Made by a program: the position numbers and the translations under genes | Source of the DNA: a virus | Strand: one strand, 5' to 3' | IMG/VR virus record: IMGVR_UViG_3300029947_000012 | Span: 1 to 46,329 of that record | Length of the DNA: 46,329 nt | The notes under the pieces: generated by a model | What the model was told of the DNA's origin: nothing | The model's input: only the letters and a program-made list of their open reading frames with translations | The model's database searches: none | In this document: positions 17,766-26,815 of the stretch, in pieces | Layout: each line of letters opens with the position of its first letter | Position numbering within the stretch: the first letter of the stretch is position 1

Positions 17766-18115
17766 TGTGCGACCGCGAGCACTGCAACATAATCCGCGGC
17801 AGGCTTGACCGCGTCGAGGACAACATGATCGAGTATCACGCGAAGACGGACGAGCGCATCAAGACGCTTTTCCAGACTTGCGCGGAACTGTCCTCGACGG
17901 CCAAACTGACCTTCCGCTGGACGATGGGCGTCATCACCTTTATCGTTGTTGTCGCAGTGCTCGCGCTAATCTACGGGGCGGTCGGCGACCACGGCTTCAA
18001 CGCCGTCACGCGCGCGGCGCGGCACAAGACCGTTTCTCTCGCGCCGTCCGTACGCCAATCGATTTCCGCCGCACTGGGATGCGGCGCGCCGCGGCACTGG
18101 GATGCGGCGGCGTAG
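17765..18115 (+). CDS. Holin/XhlA-like membrane protein candidate
   Basis: An N-terminal coiled segment is followed by one TM helix (VITFIVVVAVLALIYGAV). The start overlaps the upstream stop. Confidence 0.4.
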   Translation: MCDREHCNIIRGRLDRVEDNMIEYHAKTDERIKTLFQTCAELSSTAKLTFRWTMGVITFIVVVAVLALIYGAVGDHGFNAVTRAARHKTVSLAPSVRQSISAALGCGAPRHWDAAA

Positions 18116-18120
18116 TCTTT
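18088..18120 (+). terminator. Weak terminator candidate overlapping the end of the holin-like gene
   Basis: An imperfect GC hairpin is followed by TCTTTT. The preceding sequence holds a duplicated GCACTGGGATGCGGCG unit. Confidence 0.35.
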
Positions 18121-18147
18121 TGTCAACGCAGAAAAGGAAAACGAAAA

Positions 18148-18549
18148 ATGAAAATCAGCTACATCAAAATCGCTATCAAGTATCTCTTCGGCGGCAAGGA
18201 GTCCGTCCTCGACTACCTCCTTGACCTCGCCAATAGCGCGGTCGCGCTCCTTCCGCAGGCCCGCAAGGACCGCCTTGCGGAAATCATCGCGTTCCTCGAC
18301 AAACTGCTGGGGCTCTCGGAGAGCCTTGTCACATGGTGCCCCACGAAGTGGCGCAAGGCGTGGCTACAGACCTCGCTTGCTCTCGCGGCCGTCGTCAATG
18401 CTGCCGAAGACCTGCAGGTGACGAAAACGGAACTCGCGGACGTCATCGACAAGTTCCGCCTCGCCTACGCCGAGTGGCGCACGGACGATGACAGCGTCGG
18501 CGGTTCCATCCTCGCCGACCTCGCCGAAGAGACGGAGAGCGCGAAGTGA
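18148..18549 (+). CDS. Hypothetical protein
   Basis: A purine-rich RBS lies upstream of the ATG at 18148. Confidence 0.55.
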   Translation: MKISYIKIAIKYLFGGKESVLDYLLDLANSAVALLPQARKDRLAEIIAFLDKLLGLSESLVTWCPTKWRKAWLQTSLALAAVVNAAEDLQVTKTELADVIDKFRLAYAEWRTDDDSVGGSILADLAEETESAK

Positions 18550-18923
18550 CGCGCCCGGACGACCTCACCCGCGCGGCCTTCGGCGTCATGCTGTTCGTCG
18601 GCCTCATGGCATTCCTCGCGCTCTTCTCCCTCCTCGCGGGGTGCTCGAGCATCCCGACGGGGGTGCGCGTCGTCGCCTCCTCGGCGACCGCGACGAGCCT
18701 CGGCAACATCAACTGGGACACCTACACCATCCCCGTCTTCTCGGTCTACACGGGCCCCAAGACGACGATCTGGGTCAACCGCGACTATATCGCGCTCAAG
18801 TCCGTCGCGGCGGAAGGCATCGTCACCAACACGACCTCCGCGCTCGGCGTCTATCAGGCGCGGGAGCAGAAGCGCACGCGCGTGGACATCGAATTCATGC
18901 CGCAGACGCGGCATGAACGGTAA
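18546..18923 (+). CDS. Lipoprotein (spanin or exclusion-type candidate)
   Basis: Lipobox LLAGC after a hydrophobic helix. The GTG start overlaps the upstream stop. Confidence 0.55.
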   Translation: MTRPDDLTRAAFGVMLFVGLMAFLALFSLLAGCSSIPTGVRVVASSATATSLGNINWDTYTIPVFSVYTGPKTTIWVNRDYIALKSVAAEGIVTNTTSALGVYQAREQKRTRVDIEFMPQTRHER

Positions 18924-18941
18924 AACGGAAAGGCGGCGAGA

Positions 18942-20015
18942 ATGGCACAGTCAGACGATATAGTTGAATTCCCGAAAGACCTCATCCCGGAACTCGTCAA
19001 GAACCCGACGCTCGTGAAGCCACAGCAGGGGCTCGACTACTCCACTTCGCCCTTCTACATCCCGCCGCCGCAACCTGTGCTCTACCTGAAGTACGGTGAC
19101 GCCCGACACACCTACCCGTCGTTCATGATCGCGCGCCCCTACATCGAACGGGGGCTTGTCCACGACGATACGGAAGGCTTTATCGTGCTCGTCACCTGTG
19201 GCGCCGTGCGCAGCATTAGCACGGTCGTCAAGGTTCTGCCCGGCGAGGATTCGTCGCATAGCGACCCCAACCTGAAGGTCGACTACACGAACTGGTTCTG
19301 GTGGAAGCCTCACCAATGGCACGAAAGGCCCCGCATGCCGCTCGTCTTTTGGTTCCCCCGCAAGCCCCTGCTGGAAGACGGCGAATACGACTGCACGCGC
19401 GTCGACGGCACGCTCTCCACCCCGCAAGGCTGGAGAATCTCGCAGAAATCGGCCCCTGTCGGACAGATTGACGGACACTCGACCATCATGTCGTACACGA
19501 TGACGGCGGTGGAAACCATGGTTTCGGACAAGAGCCAATACCAACGCTTCGCCTCCGACAAAGAACCGCCGTCAGACTATCGCATCGAGGCCGGCGCGGC
19601 GTTCGTGCTTCCCGATGAATGCCCGCCCATAACCGAAGACTCTAACCCCTATGGCATCAAGACAAGCCGCGTCTATGGGACGGCGGACACCTTCCCGCTC
19701 ATGGTCGACGAGCGCCCCGGATACGTGTTCATGTCCAGCGTGTGGACGACAGACGTCGAGCACCTCTACAAGAATGCGGAAATCAGGACGATGCGGGAAG
19801 CCTACAGCTCCCCCCTCGTCGACAGAATAGGCGGCTCTCCCTATCGGCGCAGTACGGGGACAGGCAAGAAACAAATCCCGTTTGACGTGGTGGGCGTCGG
19901 CGAGAAACTCGGCATCCTCGGCATCGGCGAAGGTCGCGCCGTACAACTTTGGATGAATCCGAACTGCAACTACAACATCGACACTCTCGGCAAATGGACG
20001 CCCCTGCAGGATTGA
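18942..20015 (+). CDS. Hypothetical protein (357 aa)
   Basis: Good codon bias. No motif recognised. Confidence 0.65.
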   Translation: MAQSDDIVEFPKDLIPELVKNPTLVKPQQGLDYSTSPFYIPPPQPVLYLKYGDARHTYPSFMIARPYIERGLVHDDTEGFIVLVTCGAVRSISTVVKVLPGEDSSHSDPNLKVDYTNWFWWKPHQWHERPRMPLVFWFPRKPLLEDGEYDCTRVDGTLSTPQGWRISQKSAPVGQIDGHSTIMSYTMTAVETMVSDKSQYQRFASDKEPPSDYRIEAGAAFVLPDECPPITEDSNPYGIKTSRVYGTADTFPLMVDERPGYVFMSSVWTTDVEHLYKNAEIRTMREAYSSPLVDRIGGSPYRRSTGTGKKQIPFDVVGVGEKLGILGIGEGRAVQLWMNPNCNYNIDTLGKWTPLQD

Positions 20016-20040
20016 CAAACAGGCGTGATTTTGCTACATT
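20012..20040 (+). promoter_or_regulatory. Sigma70-like promoter candidate (TTGACA-17-TACATT)
   Basis: Related over 21 of 29 positions to the candidate at 6887..6915. Confidence 0.5.
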
Positions 20041-20065
20041 TTGACTAGGACGACATGGAGGCGAA

Positions 20066-21754
20066 ATGACCTATACGGCGGAAATAAGAGATATCGTGCA
20101 GGAAGCCTACGGGCTTCTCCGGCAGGACTACTCCGCACCCGACGGTGCGCAGGTCGGGAAGACTCTCGACGCCGTGACGGACAACGCGTCGGGCGGCACG
20201 CCCACGGTCGACTGGCTCAATACACGCACCGCCCTCGTCTCCTCCGCGCACGAAGTCTACGACGCCTTCGACTGGGGCACGGACGTAGACCCCTCCCTCC
20301 CCGGCGAGTGGCCCTACAAGATGCGCAATGCGCTCGTCTACGCCCTCGCCCGCGCCCTCGCCGTCCCCGTCGGCGGCCGCGTCGAAGACCTCAAGAACTG
20401 GGACTCCCTCTACCGCGACAAACTCCTGCAGGCCGAAATCCGCGTCCTCAACGACAAACTCGCCGCCAACACGGATCCCATCCTCGCGCAACTCCTCATG
20501 AATTTCAAGGGCGACGACGCGAGTCTCGTGCGCTCCTACGCCGTCTACACGCAGAGAATCGCGAACACGACCGCCATCTGCGAAAAGGAGGTCAAGTCCC
20601 AGTACGAGGATTGGCAGAGCGACAACGCGAAACTCTACGCCTCAAATCCGGCGAAACTCTGGGAACCCCCCTGCGAAGCCCTCATACGCGCAAAAATCGC
20701 CCCCGCCATGGGTTTTGACGCAAACCTCGTGCAGATCTACGAGCAGGAGTACGCCACCAAACTCGCGCAGGCGAAGGCGGACGCCCTCAACGACAAACTC
20801 AAGACCATCTCCGACCCCATCCTCTCCCAGCTTCTCGCAACCTTCCGCAACGACTCCCCCGCCCTCGCCCGCGCCTACGAGGCGTACACGAGACGCGTGG
20901 ACGCCGTACTCCCCGCCGCGGAGTGGGAAGTCAAAAGCCAGTTGAAGGCGTGGGCGAACGACAACACCAGGCCCTCGTTCAAGTCCGCCCGCAAGCAGTG
21001 GGAAGCCCCCTACGAAGCCCTCGCCCGCGCGAAACTCGCCGCCGTCATGGGCTTCGACGCCAATATCGTCAATCTCTACCAGCAGGAATACGCCACCAAA
21101 CTCGCCGTCGCCAAGGCGAACGAACTCAACGCTGAACTCGCCGCCGTCAAGGACGAGGAGACGAAGGAGGTCATCGCCTCGGTCGTGGCGGACTTCAAGC
21201 CCGCGACCGACCTCCCCTACTCCTGCGACAGCATCGTCTCCCGCATCGAATCCTGCAAGGCGACCGCCCGCGAGGACGTGCTCCTCGCCCACGAGTGGAC
21301 GTTTGCCACGCGCACCGAGCCCATGCCGGGCACGCGGCGCGAGGAGAACGCCTCCCACCTCCACCTCCCCTACGTCTGCCCGCTCCCCTCCCGCGCCATC
21401 CGCCTCCTCGCCGTCCTCGACAGGGCCGGCAAACTCCTCGAGTGGCGCATCGAAAACCGCTTCATCTTTGCCTCCGGCGAAACCGCCGCCCTCCGCTATG
21501 TCGTGGACGTCGAGGACATGTCGAAATGGCACGTGCAGGCGCGAAGCCTCTACATGCTCCGCCTCAAAGCCCTCGCCGCCCGCGCCCTCGGGAGCGCACA
21601 GGCCGCCCTCTCCTCCGAGCAGCTCTACCAGGTCGCGCTCGCCAACGCCAAGCTCCGCGACACCTCCGAGACGAATGCACCCTCCGACGCGTGGGACGAT
21701 TGCCCCGCGTGCAACCCCGACCCCTACGGCGGCGCATACAGGAGACCCCTCTGA
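20066..21754 (+). CDS. Adaptor / tail tubular A-position protein with an internal duplication
   Basis: It sits immediately upstream of the nozzle-like gene. It contains two 113-aa tandem units. Confidence 0.45.
   Translation: MTYTAEIRDIVQEAYGLLRQDYSAPDGAQVGKTLDAVTDNASGGTPTVDWLNTRTALVSSAHEVYDAFDWGTDVDPSLPGEWPYKMRNALVYALARALAVPVGGRVEDLKNWDSLYRDKLLQAEIRVLNDKLAANTDPILAQLLMNFKGDDASLVRSYAVYTQRIANTTAICEKEVKSQYEDWQSDNAKLYASNPAKLWEPPCEALIRAKIAPAMGFDANLVQIYEQEYATKLAQAKADALNDKLKTISDPILSQLLATFRNDSPALARAYEAYTRRVDAVLPAAEWEVKSQLKAWANDNTRPSFKSARKQWEAPYEALARAKLAAVMGFDANIVNLYQQEYATKLAVAKANELNAELAAVKDEETKEVIASVVADFKPATDLPYSCDSIVSRIESCKATAREDVLLAHEWTFATRTEPMPGTRREENASHLHLPYVCPLPSRAIRLLAVLDRAGKLLEWRIENRFIFASGETAALRYVVDVEDMSKWHVQARSLYMLRLKALAARALGSAQAALSSEQLYQVALANAKLRDTSETNAPSDAWDDCPACNPDPYGGAYRRPL
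20447..21124 (+). repeat. Two tandem 339-bp (113-aa) units
   Basis: Units start with CTCAAC at 20447, 20786 and 21125. The protein pattern is LNDKL..DPIL.QLL..F...EVKSQ..W..DN...WE.P.EAL.RAK.A..MGFDAN.V..Y.QEYATKLA. Confidence 0.8.
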
Positions 21755-23853
21755 TGGCCCTTTGGACGAACATACAGAACTCCTGGGTTGGCGGCCGTCT
21801 CGACGCCGAACTTATGGGCCGGCAAGACCTCGAACGCTACCGCCAGGGCGCGTCCGAACTCAAAAACTTCGTCGTCCGCCGCCAAGGCTACATCTCCAAA
21901 CGCACCGGCACGGACTTCGTCTGTTCGCTGGACGAAAACGAAAAACTCTACTCCTTCCCGGGCGGCAAAGCCCTCATCGTGAACAGCCGCCTCGGCGCCA
22001 ACACGACCTATCGCTTCCTCGGCGAAAACTCTACGCTCACGCTCGGCTACGCCCCGGTATCCGTCATTGAAATAGGCGATTCCCTCCTCGGCTGGTTCAG
22101 ACAAACGAACGCCGTCACAGGGCAAGAGAAGAAAAGTGTCGTCGGACGAATCTACGGCGTATCCACGCCCACATGGGAGGAACTTCCCCTCATGGAATGG
22201 AATCAATCGCTCCCACGCCCGGTCATGGGCTCTACGACGCTCGCGGGCAAGTGGACGGAAGACAAAGAGAAGCCCGCGAAGAGGACCGTCTCGTACAAAG
22301 CCGCGCTCTTTCGCGATGGCGTGGAGGGATACATTGCCGAAACGGCGGCGGAGGCGACCTACAATCTGCCGTGGGGGAATACCTGCACCATTACGGTGGA
22401 GATCGGAACGACGCTAGACGACGGCACAAAAATAAAATCCACCGACAAAATCGTCCTGTACAAGAAATCCGCAGGCTCGTACGGCTACATCGGCACGATC
22501 GACTGCGGCGAGGAAGCCCCGAACGGGGGAAAGAACGCGTACGAATTCGTCGACGACTACATCCAGCCGGACGCGACGCGCGAGCCTGTCGAGGGCACGA
22601 ACTACAGGTTCGTAAACGAAAACAACTTCTCACGGTATGCGAGCACGCCCCGCCTCGTTTCCATGTTCCAGCAGCGTCTCGTCTTCGCCAATACGCCGGA
22701 CCAGATAAACGGCGTGTGGCTTTCCCGCACGGGCGACTTCTACGACTTCACGACGCACACGAAGGTACAGGACGATGACGCCATCGGCTTTGAAATCGCA
22801 GACATCAAGCGTGCGGAAATCCACCACCTCGTCCAGGTGCGCGATACGCTGCTCGGCTTCTGCGACAACGCCGTCTGGTCGATCGCTCCCATGTCCGGAA
22901 ACGCGCTCACGCACAAGACCGTCTCCGCCCGCAAAGTTTCCGACATGACGTCCGCCGCGGACGTCCCGCCTGTCCTGATTGGAGACGAGGTCATCGTCGT
23001 CAACAAGGCCAAAACGGGGCTTGTCGCGCTCCAATACTCCTTCACGAGCGACAACTACGCCTCGACCGACATCTCCGTCCTCTCGCAATGGGTGTTCAAG
23101 GACAACGAAATCACCTCCATGGCGTACAAGCAGTTCCCCGACTCCACGATCGAGTGCACGCTCAAGGACGGCTCCGTCGCCGCCTGCGTCTACATGAAGG
23201 AGCAAAACATCTGCGCCTGGTCGCGCTTCGTATTCTCCGACGGCTGGAGGGCCGTGGGCGTGGTCACGACGGACGAAATCCGCAACGGCACGACCGCGAC
23301 CTTCTATATCATGGAGAAAAACGACGTGCGCGAACTCTGGCGCGCCCGAGACGACCTGCCCGTCAGAAAGTCCGACGAGGTGGACGGACGCATGCAACTG
23401 CGCCTCGACCGCGTGACGAAATTCGACGGCAACTACGGACTTACGGGCAAGACCATCGTCAAGTACTCCGACAGCGACATGTACGAGGGGTGGCAGTACG
23501 AGGCGAAGATGACGACCGTCCGTCCCGAGCCCTCGGGCGGCGCGGAATCCATACAGACCGAAATCAAGAATGCCCGCGGCGTCGACGTGCGTGTCCTCGA
23601 CTCCGGCGACTTCACCGTCTACGCCGAAGGCGTCGACACCGCCCGCGCCACCGCCTCCAACACAGGGGCGGATGTCGTACACGGCAAATACGCGACGCGC
23701 GACTGCATGCTCAAACTCGCCGGCAACAACACCCGCGACGGCAGAATCACGCTCGTCTCGCAGAACTTCGCCCCCCTCAACATCCTCCGCATGGCAACGA
23801 CCTACCAGGTCGAAATCGCCGACAACCCCCCGACGACGAAAGGAAACGGATGA
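21754..23853 (+). CDS. Nozzle / tail tubular B-like protein
   Basis: The N-terminus NIQNSWVGGRLDAELMGRQD...LKNFVVRRQGYISKRTG resembles the T7 gp12 N-terminal pattern. 699 aa. ATGA-type overlap with the upstream gene. Confidence 0.55.
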   Translation: MALWTNIQNSWVGGRLDAELMGRQDLERYRQGASELKNFVVRRQGYISKRTGTDFVCSLDENEKLYSFPGGKALIVNSRLGANTTYRFLGENSTLTLGYAPVSVIEIGDSLLGWFRQTNAVTGQEKKSVVGRIYGVSTPTWEELPLMEWNQSLPRPVMGSTTLAGKWTEDKEKPAKRTVSYKAALFRDGVEGYIAETAAEATYNLPWGNTCTITVEIGTTLDDGTKIKSTDKIVLYKKSAGSYGYIGTIDCGEEAPNGGKNAYEFVDDYIQPDATREPVEGTNYRFVNENNFSRYASTPRLVSMFQQRLVFANTPDQINGVWLSRTGDFYDFTTHTKVQDDDAIGFEIADIKRAEIHHLVQVRDTLLGFCDNAVWSIAPMSGNALTHKTVSARKVSDMTSAADVPPVLIGDEVIVVNKAKTGLVALQYSFTSDNYASTDISVLSQWVFKDNEITSMAYKQFPDSTIECTLKDGSVAACVYMKEQNICAWSRFVFSDGWRAVGVVTTDEIRNGTTATFYIMEKNDVRELWRARDDLPVRKSDEVDGRMQLRLDRVTKFDGNYGLTGKTIVKYSDSDMYEGWQYEAKMTTVRPEPSGGAESIQTEIKNARGVDVRVLDSGDFTVYAEGVDTARATASNTGADVVHGKYATRDCMLKLAGNNTRDGRITLVSQNFAPLNILRMATTYQVEIADNPPTTKGNG

Positions 23854-24362
23854 CGGAAGCCCCCGAGACCGAAATCGTGCTCGGCGAGGGCGTGCGCCTC
23901 GTCCCGGCGACGGACGAACTCCTCGCCGAGGTCGAAGCCGACCTCCGCCCGGGCGACAAGGCGGAACACGACTTCGGCGGCGGCAACCTGCGGCGACCCG
24001 ACCGCCACTCCCCCGTGTGGGCCATCCTGGACGGGGACGATTTGCTGGGCGCGGGCGGCTGGCTGATTCCGGCCGACGGCACGTGGCTCGCCCCCGTCCG
24101 CGTCGCCTGGTTCCTCTCCACCCGCAAGGTCGACACCCGCAAGAAGAAGTTTGTCCGCCTCTCCCCGCGCGTCCTCGCCGCCATGGCTGAAACCCTCCCG
24201 CCCTGGGTGGACAGGATCGTCGTCTGCCCCATGAACCTCTACCCGATGTCCATCAAGTGGCTCAAACGCGTCATGAAAATGCGCGTCCTCTGCGAGAAGA
24301 AGGTGGACGGCGCGATGTTTACGATCTTGATGGCAGACAGAAAGGAACTCGAAAATGTGTGA
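23850..24362 (+). CDS. Hypothetical virion-module protein (possible GNAT-like fold)
   Basis: Overlapping start. It lies between the nozzle gene and the internal virion protein genes. Confidence 0.5.
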   Translation: MTEAPETEIVLGEGVRLVPATDELLAEVEADLRPGDKAEHDFGGGNLRRPDRHSPVWAILDGDDLLGAGGWLIPADGTWLAPVRVAWFLSTRKVDTRKKKFVRLSPRVLAAMAETLPPWVDRIVVCPMNLYPMSIKWLKRVMKMRVLCEKKVDGAMFTILMADRKELENV

Positions 24363-24966
24363 CATGATTTCGGCGACGATGGGAGTCTTGGCCGTCGTGA
24401 GCGCGGTCGCGGGAGGCGTCTCCGCCTACCAAGGGGCGCAGGCGCAGAAAGCCTCCGCGCGCGCCCAGCAGGCGCAGGCGGAAGCCTCCGCACGCGAAGC
24501 CGAACGGCAGGCACAGGTCGAATCCCAACGCGCCGCCATCACGCAGGAGCAGGGGGAGCGCGACGCCGCCAACCGCATGCGACTCCTCTCGCAGGACATC
24601 GGCTCAAACTACGCCAACTTCGCCGGGAACGGACTCCTTGTGGACGGAAACTCCAACGGCACCGTGGCGGACGTTCTCCGCACGACCACGAAGGAAGGTC
24701 TCGCCGACATCGCCACCATCAACGAGAATACGAAGAATAAACTCTGGGAACACCAGAACAACATAGCCTCGCTGCAGGCTTCCGCCGGAAACTACCGCCT
24801 GCAGGGGCAGAACGCCTACTCGGTCGGCACGGCGCAGGCCAACGCGAGCAAGGTCAGCGCGATCGGCTCGACCATCGGCGGTATCGGCTCGGCCGTCGGC
24901 GGCGCGGCCGGAATCCACAACTCCATCGGCGGAAAGACCATCCTCGGCTACAACGTGCCGAAATAA
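24355..24966 (+). CDS. Internal virion / ejection protein candidate (gp14 position)
   Basis: N-terminal TM helix, Q/A-rich coiled coil and G-rich C-terminus. Confidence 0.5.
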   Translation: MCDMISATMGVLAVVSAVAGGVSAYQGAQAQKASARAQQAQAEASAREAERQAQVESQRAAITQEQGERDAANRMRLLSQDIGSNYANFAGNGLLVDGNSNGTVADVLRTTTKEGLADIATINENTKNKLWEHQNNIASLQASAGNYRLQGQNAYSVGTAQANASKVSAIGSTIGGIGSAVGGAAGIHNSIGGKTILGYNVPK

Positions 24967-24978
24967 GGAGGAAGCGCA

Positions 24979-26811
24979 ATGGGCGTCATCAACATCCGCA
25001 TGCGCAGCGAGCGCCTGGACCAAATCGGCGCGATCCGCTCCCCCATGCTCGACACGGGCGCGGCGCAGGCCGCGCAGGGCTACGCCGCCGCCGCGCGGGA
25101 AACCGCACGCGGCATCCGCGGCATCGGCGAAGGCCTCATGGACGTCGCCAAAGCGGGCGCCTGGTGGGTGAACCACGAGCACCAAATCCGCTACGACCGC
25201 GCGCTTTCCGAACTCCGCACCGAATTCAACGACTGGATGAACGGCGACGGCGAGACCCCCGGCAAGATGCAACTCATGGGTTCGGACCCCAAGAAGTGGG
25301 CCGAGGAGTGCAACGACAAGTACCGGGAACTCCTCGACAAGAAACTCAAGGACAACGAAATCACGAGCCACGAGTGGCAGTCCGAGGTCAAGAACGCCGC
25401 CGAACCCTTCCGGGAACAGTGGGCAAACCGCATTTCCCAGACCGCCTTCTCCGCGCAGAAGAAGAACGCCATCACCGCCGCGGACACCAACCTCGAGAGC
25501 CTGTACGCGACGCTCAAGGACGGCGACGGCTCGCCCGAACTCTACAGCCAGTGGGGAGCCGCGGTCGTAAAAAGCCTCGACGCCCGCCAAATCGTGGATC
25601 CCGACGCCCGCGCCGCCATCCTCCGGGCGAACGCCCGCAAGATGTGCGACATCGGCGTGAACAACTTCGTCACCGACACCGAGGCGCAGGCGGACGCCGA
25701 CCCCGACAACGCCGAAAAACTCTGGAAGTCGCGCATCGAGGACCTCAAAAACGCGGACGCCGACGCCTTCTTTCCTCCGAACGCCCGCGTCCCCACCCCG
25801 GACGGCAAGTCCGCCTACAACTTCTGCAAGGACTGGGCGGAAGAAGGCGACATGGAAACCTACCGCAAGGGCGCAATCAAGCAGCTCGAAAACGCCCGCG
25901 ACAAGTGGACGCGCAAACGTCTCTACCAGAAGTCCCTGCAGGAGAGGGAATCGAAGGATGCCTTCCAGAAGGAGGAGGGGGAAATATTCAAAGCTCCCGT
26001 CCCCCAGGACGAGAACGACCAGCCCGCCTACTTCGGGAACATGGCAAACGGCTACTACGCCCTCGCCGACAAGGCGGAAGCGCAGGGGCTCTCCGGACTC
26101 GCCCTCTCCTACCGCAAGACGGCGCAGGCCCTCGCCTTCAAGGAGAACAATGCGCACGACGCGCTCGCCGCGGCGAAGACGAAGGCGGAAGCCGAACGCC
26201 TGAAAGCCCTCCGGGAGCAGAACTACAACACAGCCCTCGCCCAATTCGAAGCGGGTGCCTATTATGACGAGACGAGCGGCAGGTGGGTGGACATCAACCC
26301 GGAAGAACGTTTCGTCCGCGCGAAGCAGATGCTCCAGAGCGGGCTCGTCACCCGTGCGCAGTTCGCCGGACTCTGCAAGGTCGCCAAGCCCGCGCTGGAC
26401 GAGGAAGGTCAGTCCTTCCGAACCTACGTGCTCGACATCGCGGGCAAACTCGTCCCCTCCGCCGTCCACTACAACCCCGGCACCACCCGCTTCGAACTGC
26501 GCCCGACAGCCAAGGTGGACGCCTCCACCCCGCTCCCCGGCGGCGGCGACATGCCCCGCAAGTGGACGGTCAAAAGCGGTCGGCAGGCCGCCACCTACGC
26601 GAACCTCGTCCGCGCCATGAATGTCGCGCTCGAATGGAAGCGCGTCAACAAGAAGAACGTCGAGGAGACGAAAAAGTACTTTGACAATCTCGTCTCGGGC
26701 ACGATGCGCAAGGAACAGCAAGCTACGATCGACGAGAACCTGGACTTTGAAAGCGAGATTGTCAAGGACATGAAGAACATCACGCGCAACACGGGATATA
26801 CGACGCGCTAA
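24979..26811 (+). CDS. Internal virion / ejection protein candidate (gp15 position)
   Basis: AAGGAGG RBS, 610 aa, largely helical composition. Confidence 0.5.
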   Translation: MGVINIRMRSERLDQIGAIRSPMLDTGAAQAAQGYAAAARETARGIRGIGEGLMDVAKAGAWWVNHEHQIRYDRALSELRTEFNDWMNGDGETPGKMQLMGSDPKKWAEECNDKYRELLDKKLKDNEITSHEWQSEVKNAAEPFREQWANRISQTAFSAQKKNAITAADTNLESLYATLKDGDGSPELYSQWGAAVVKSLDARQIVDPDARAAILRANARKMCDIGVNNFVTDTEAQADADPDNAEKLWKSRIEDLKNADADAFFPPNARVPTPDGKSAYNFCKDWAEEGDMETYRKGAIKQLENARDKWTRKRLYQKSLQERESKDAFQKEEGEIFKAPVPQDENDQPAYFGNMANGYYALADKAEAQGLSGLALSYRKTAQALAFKENNAHDALAAAKTKAEAERLKALREQNYNTALAQFEAGAYYDETSGRWVDINPEERFVRAKQMLQSGLVTRAQFAGLCKVAKPALDEEGQSFRTYVLDIAGKLVPSAVHYNPGTTRFELRPTAKVDASTPLPGGGDMPRKWTVKSGRQAATYANLVRAMNVALEWKRVNKKNVEETKKYFDNLVSGTMRKEQQATIDENLDFESEIVKDMKNITRNTGYTTR

Positions 26812-26815
26812 GGAG

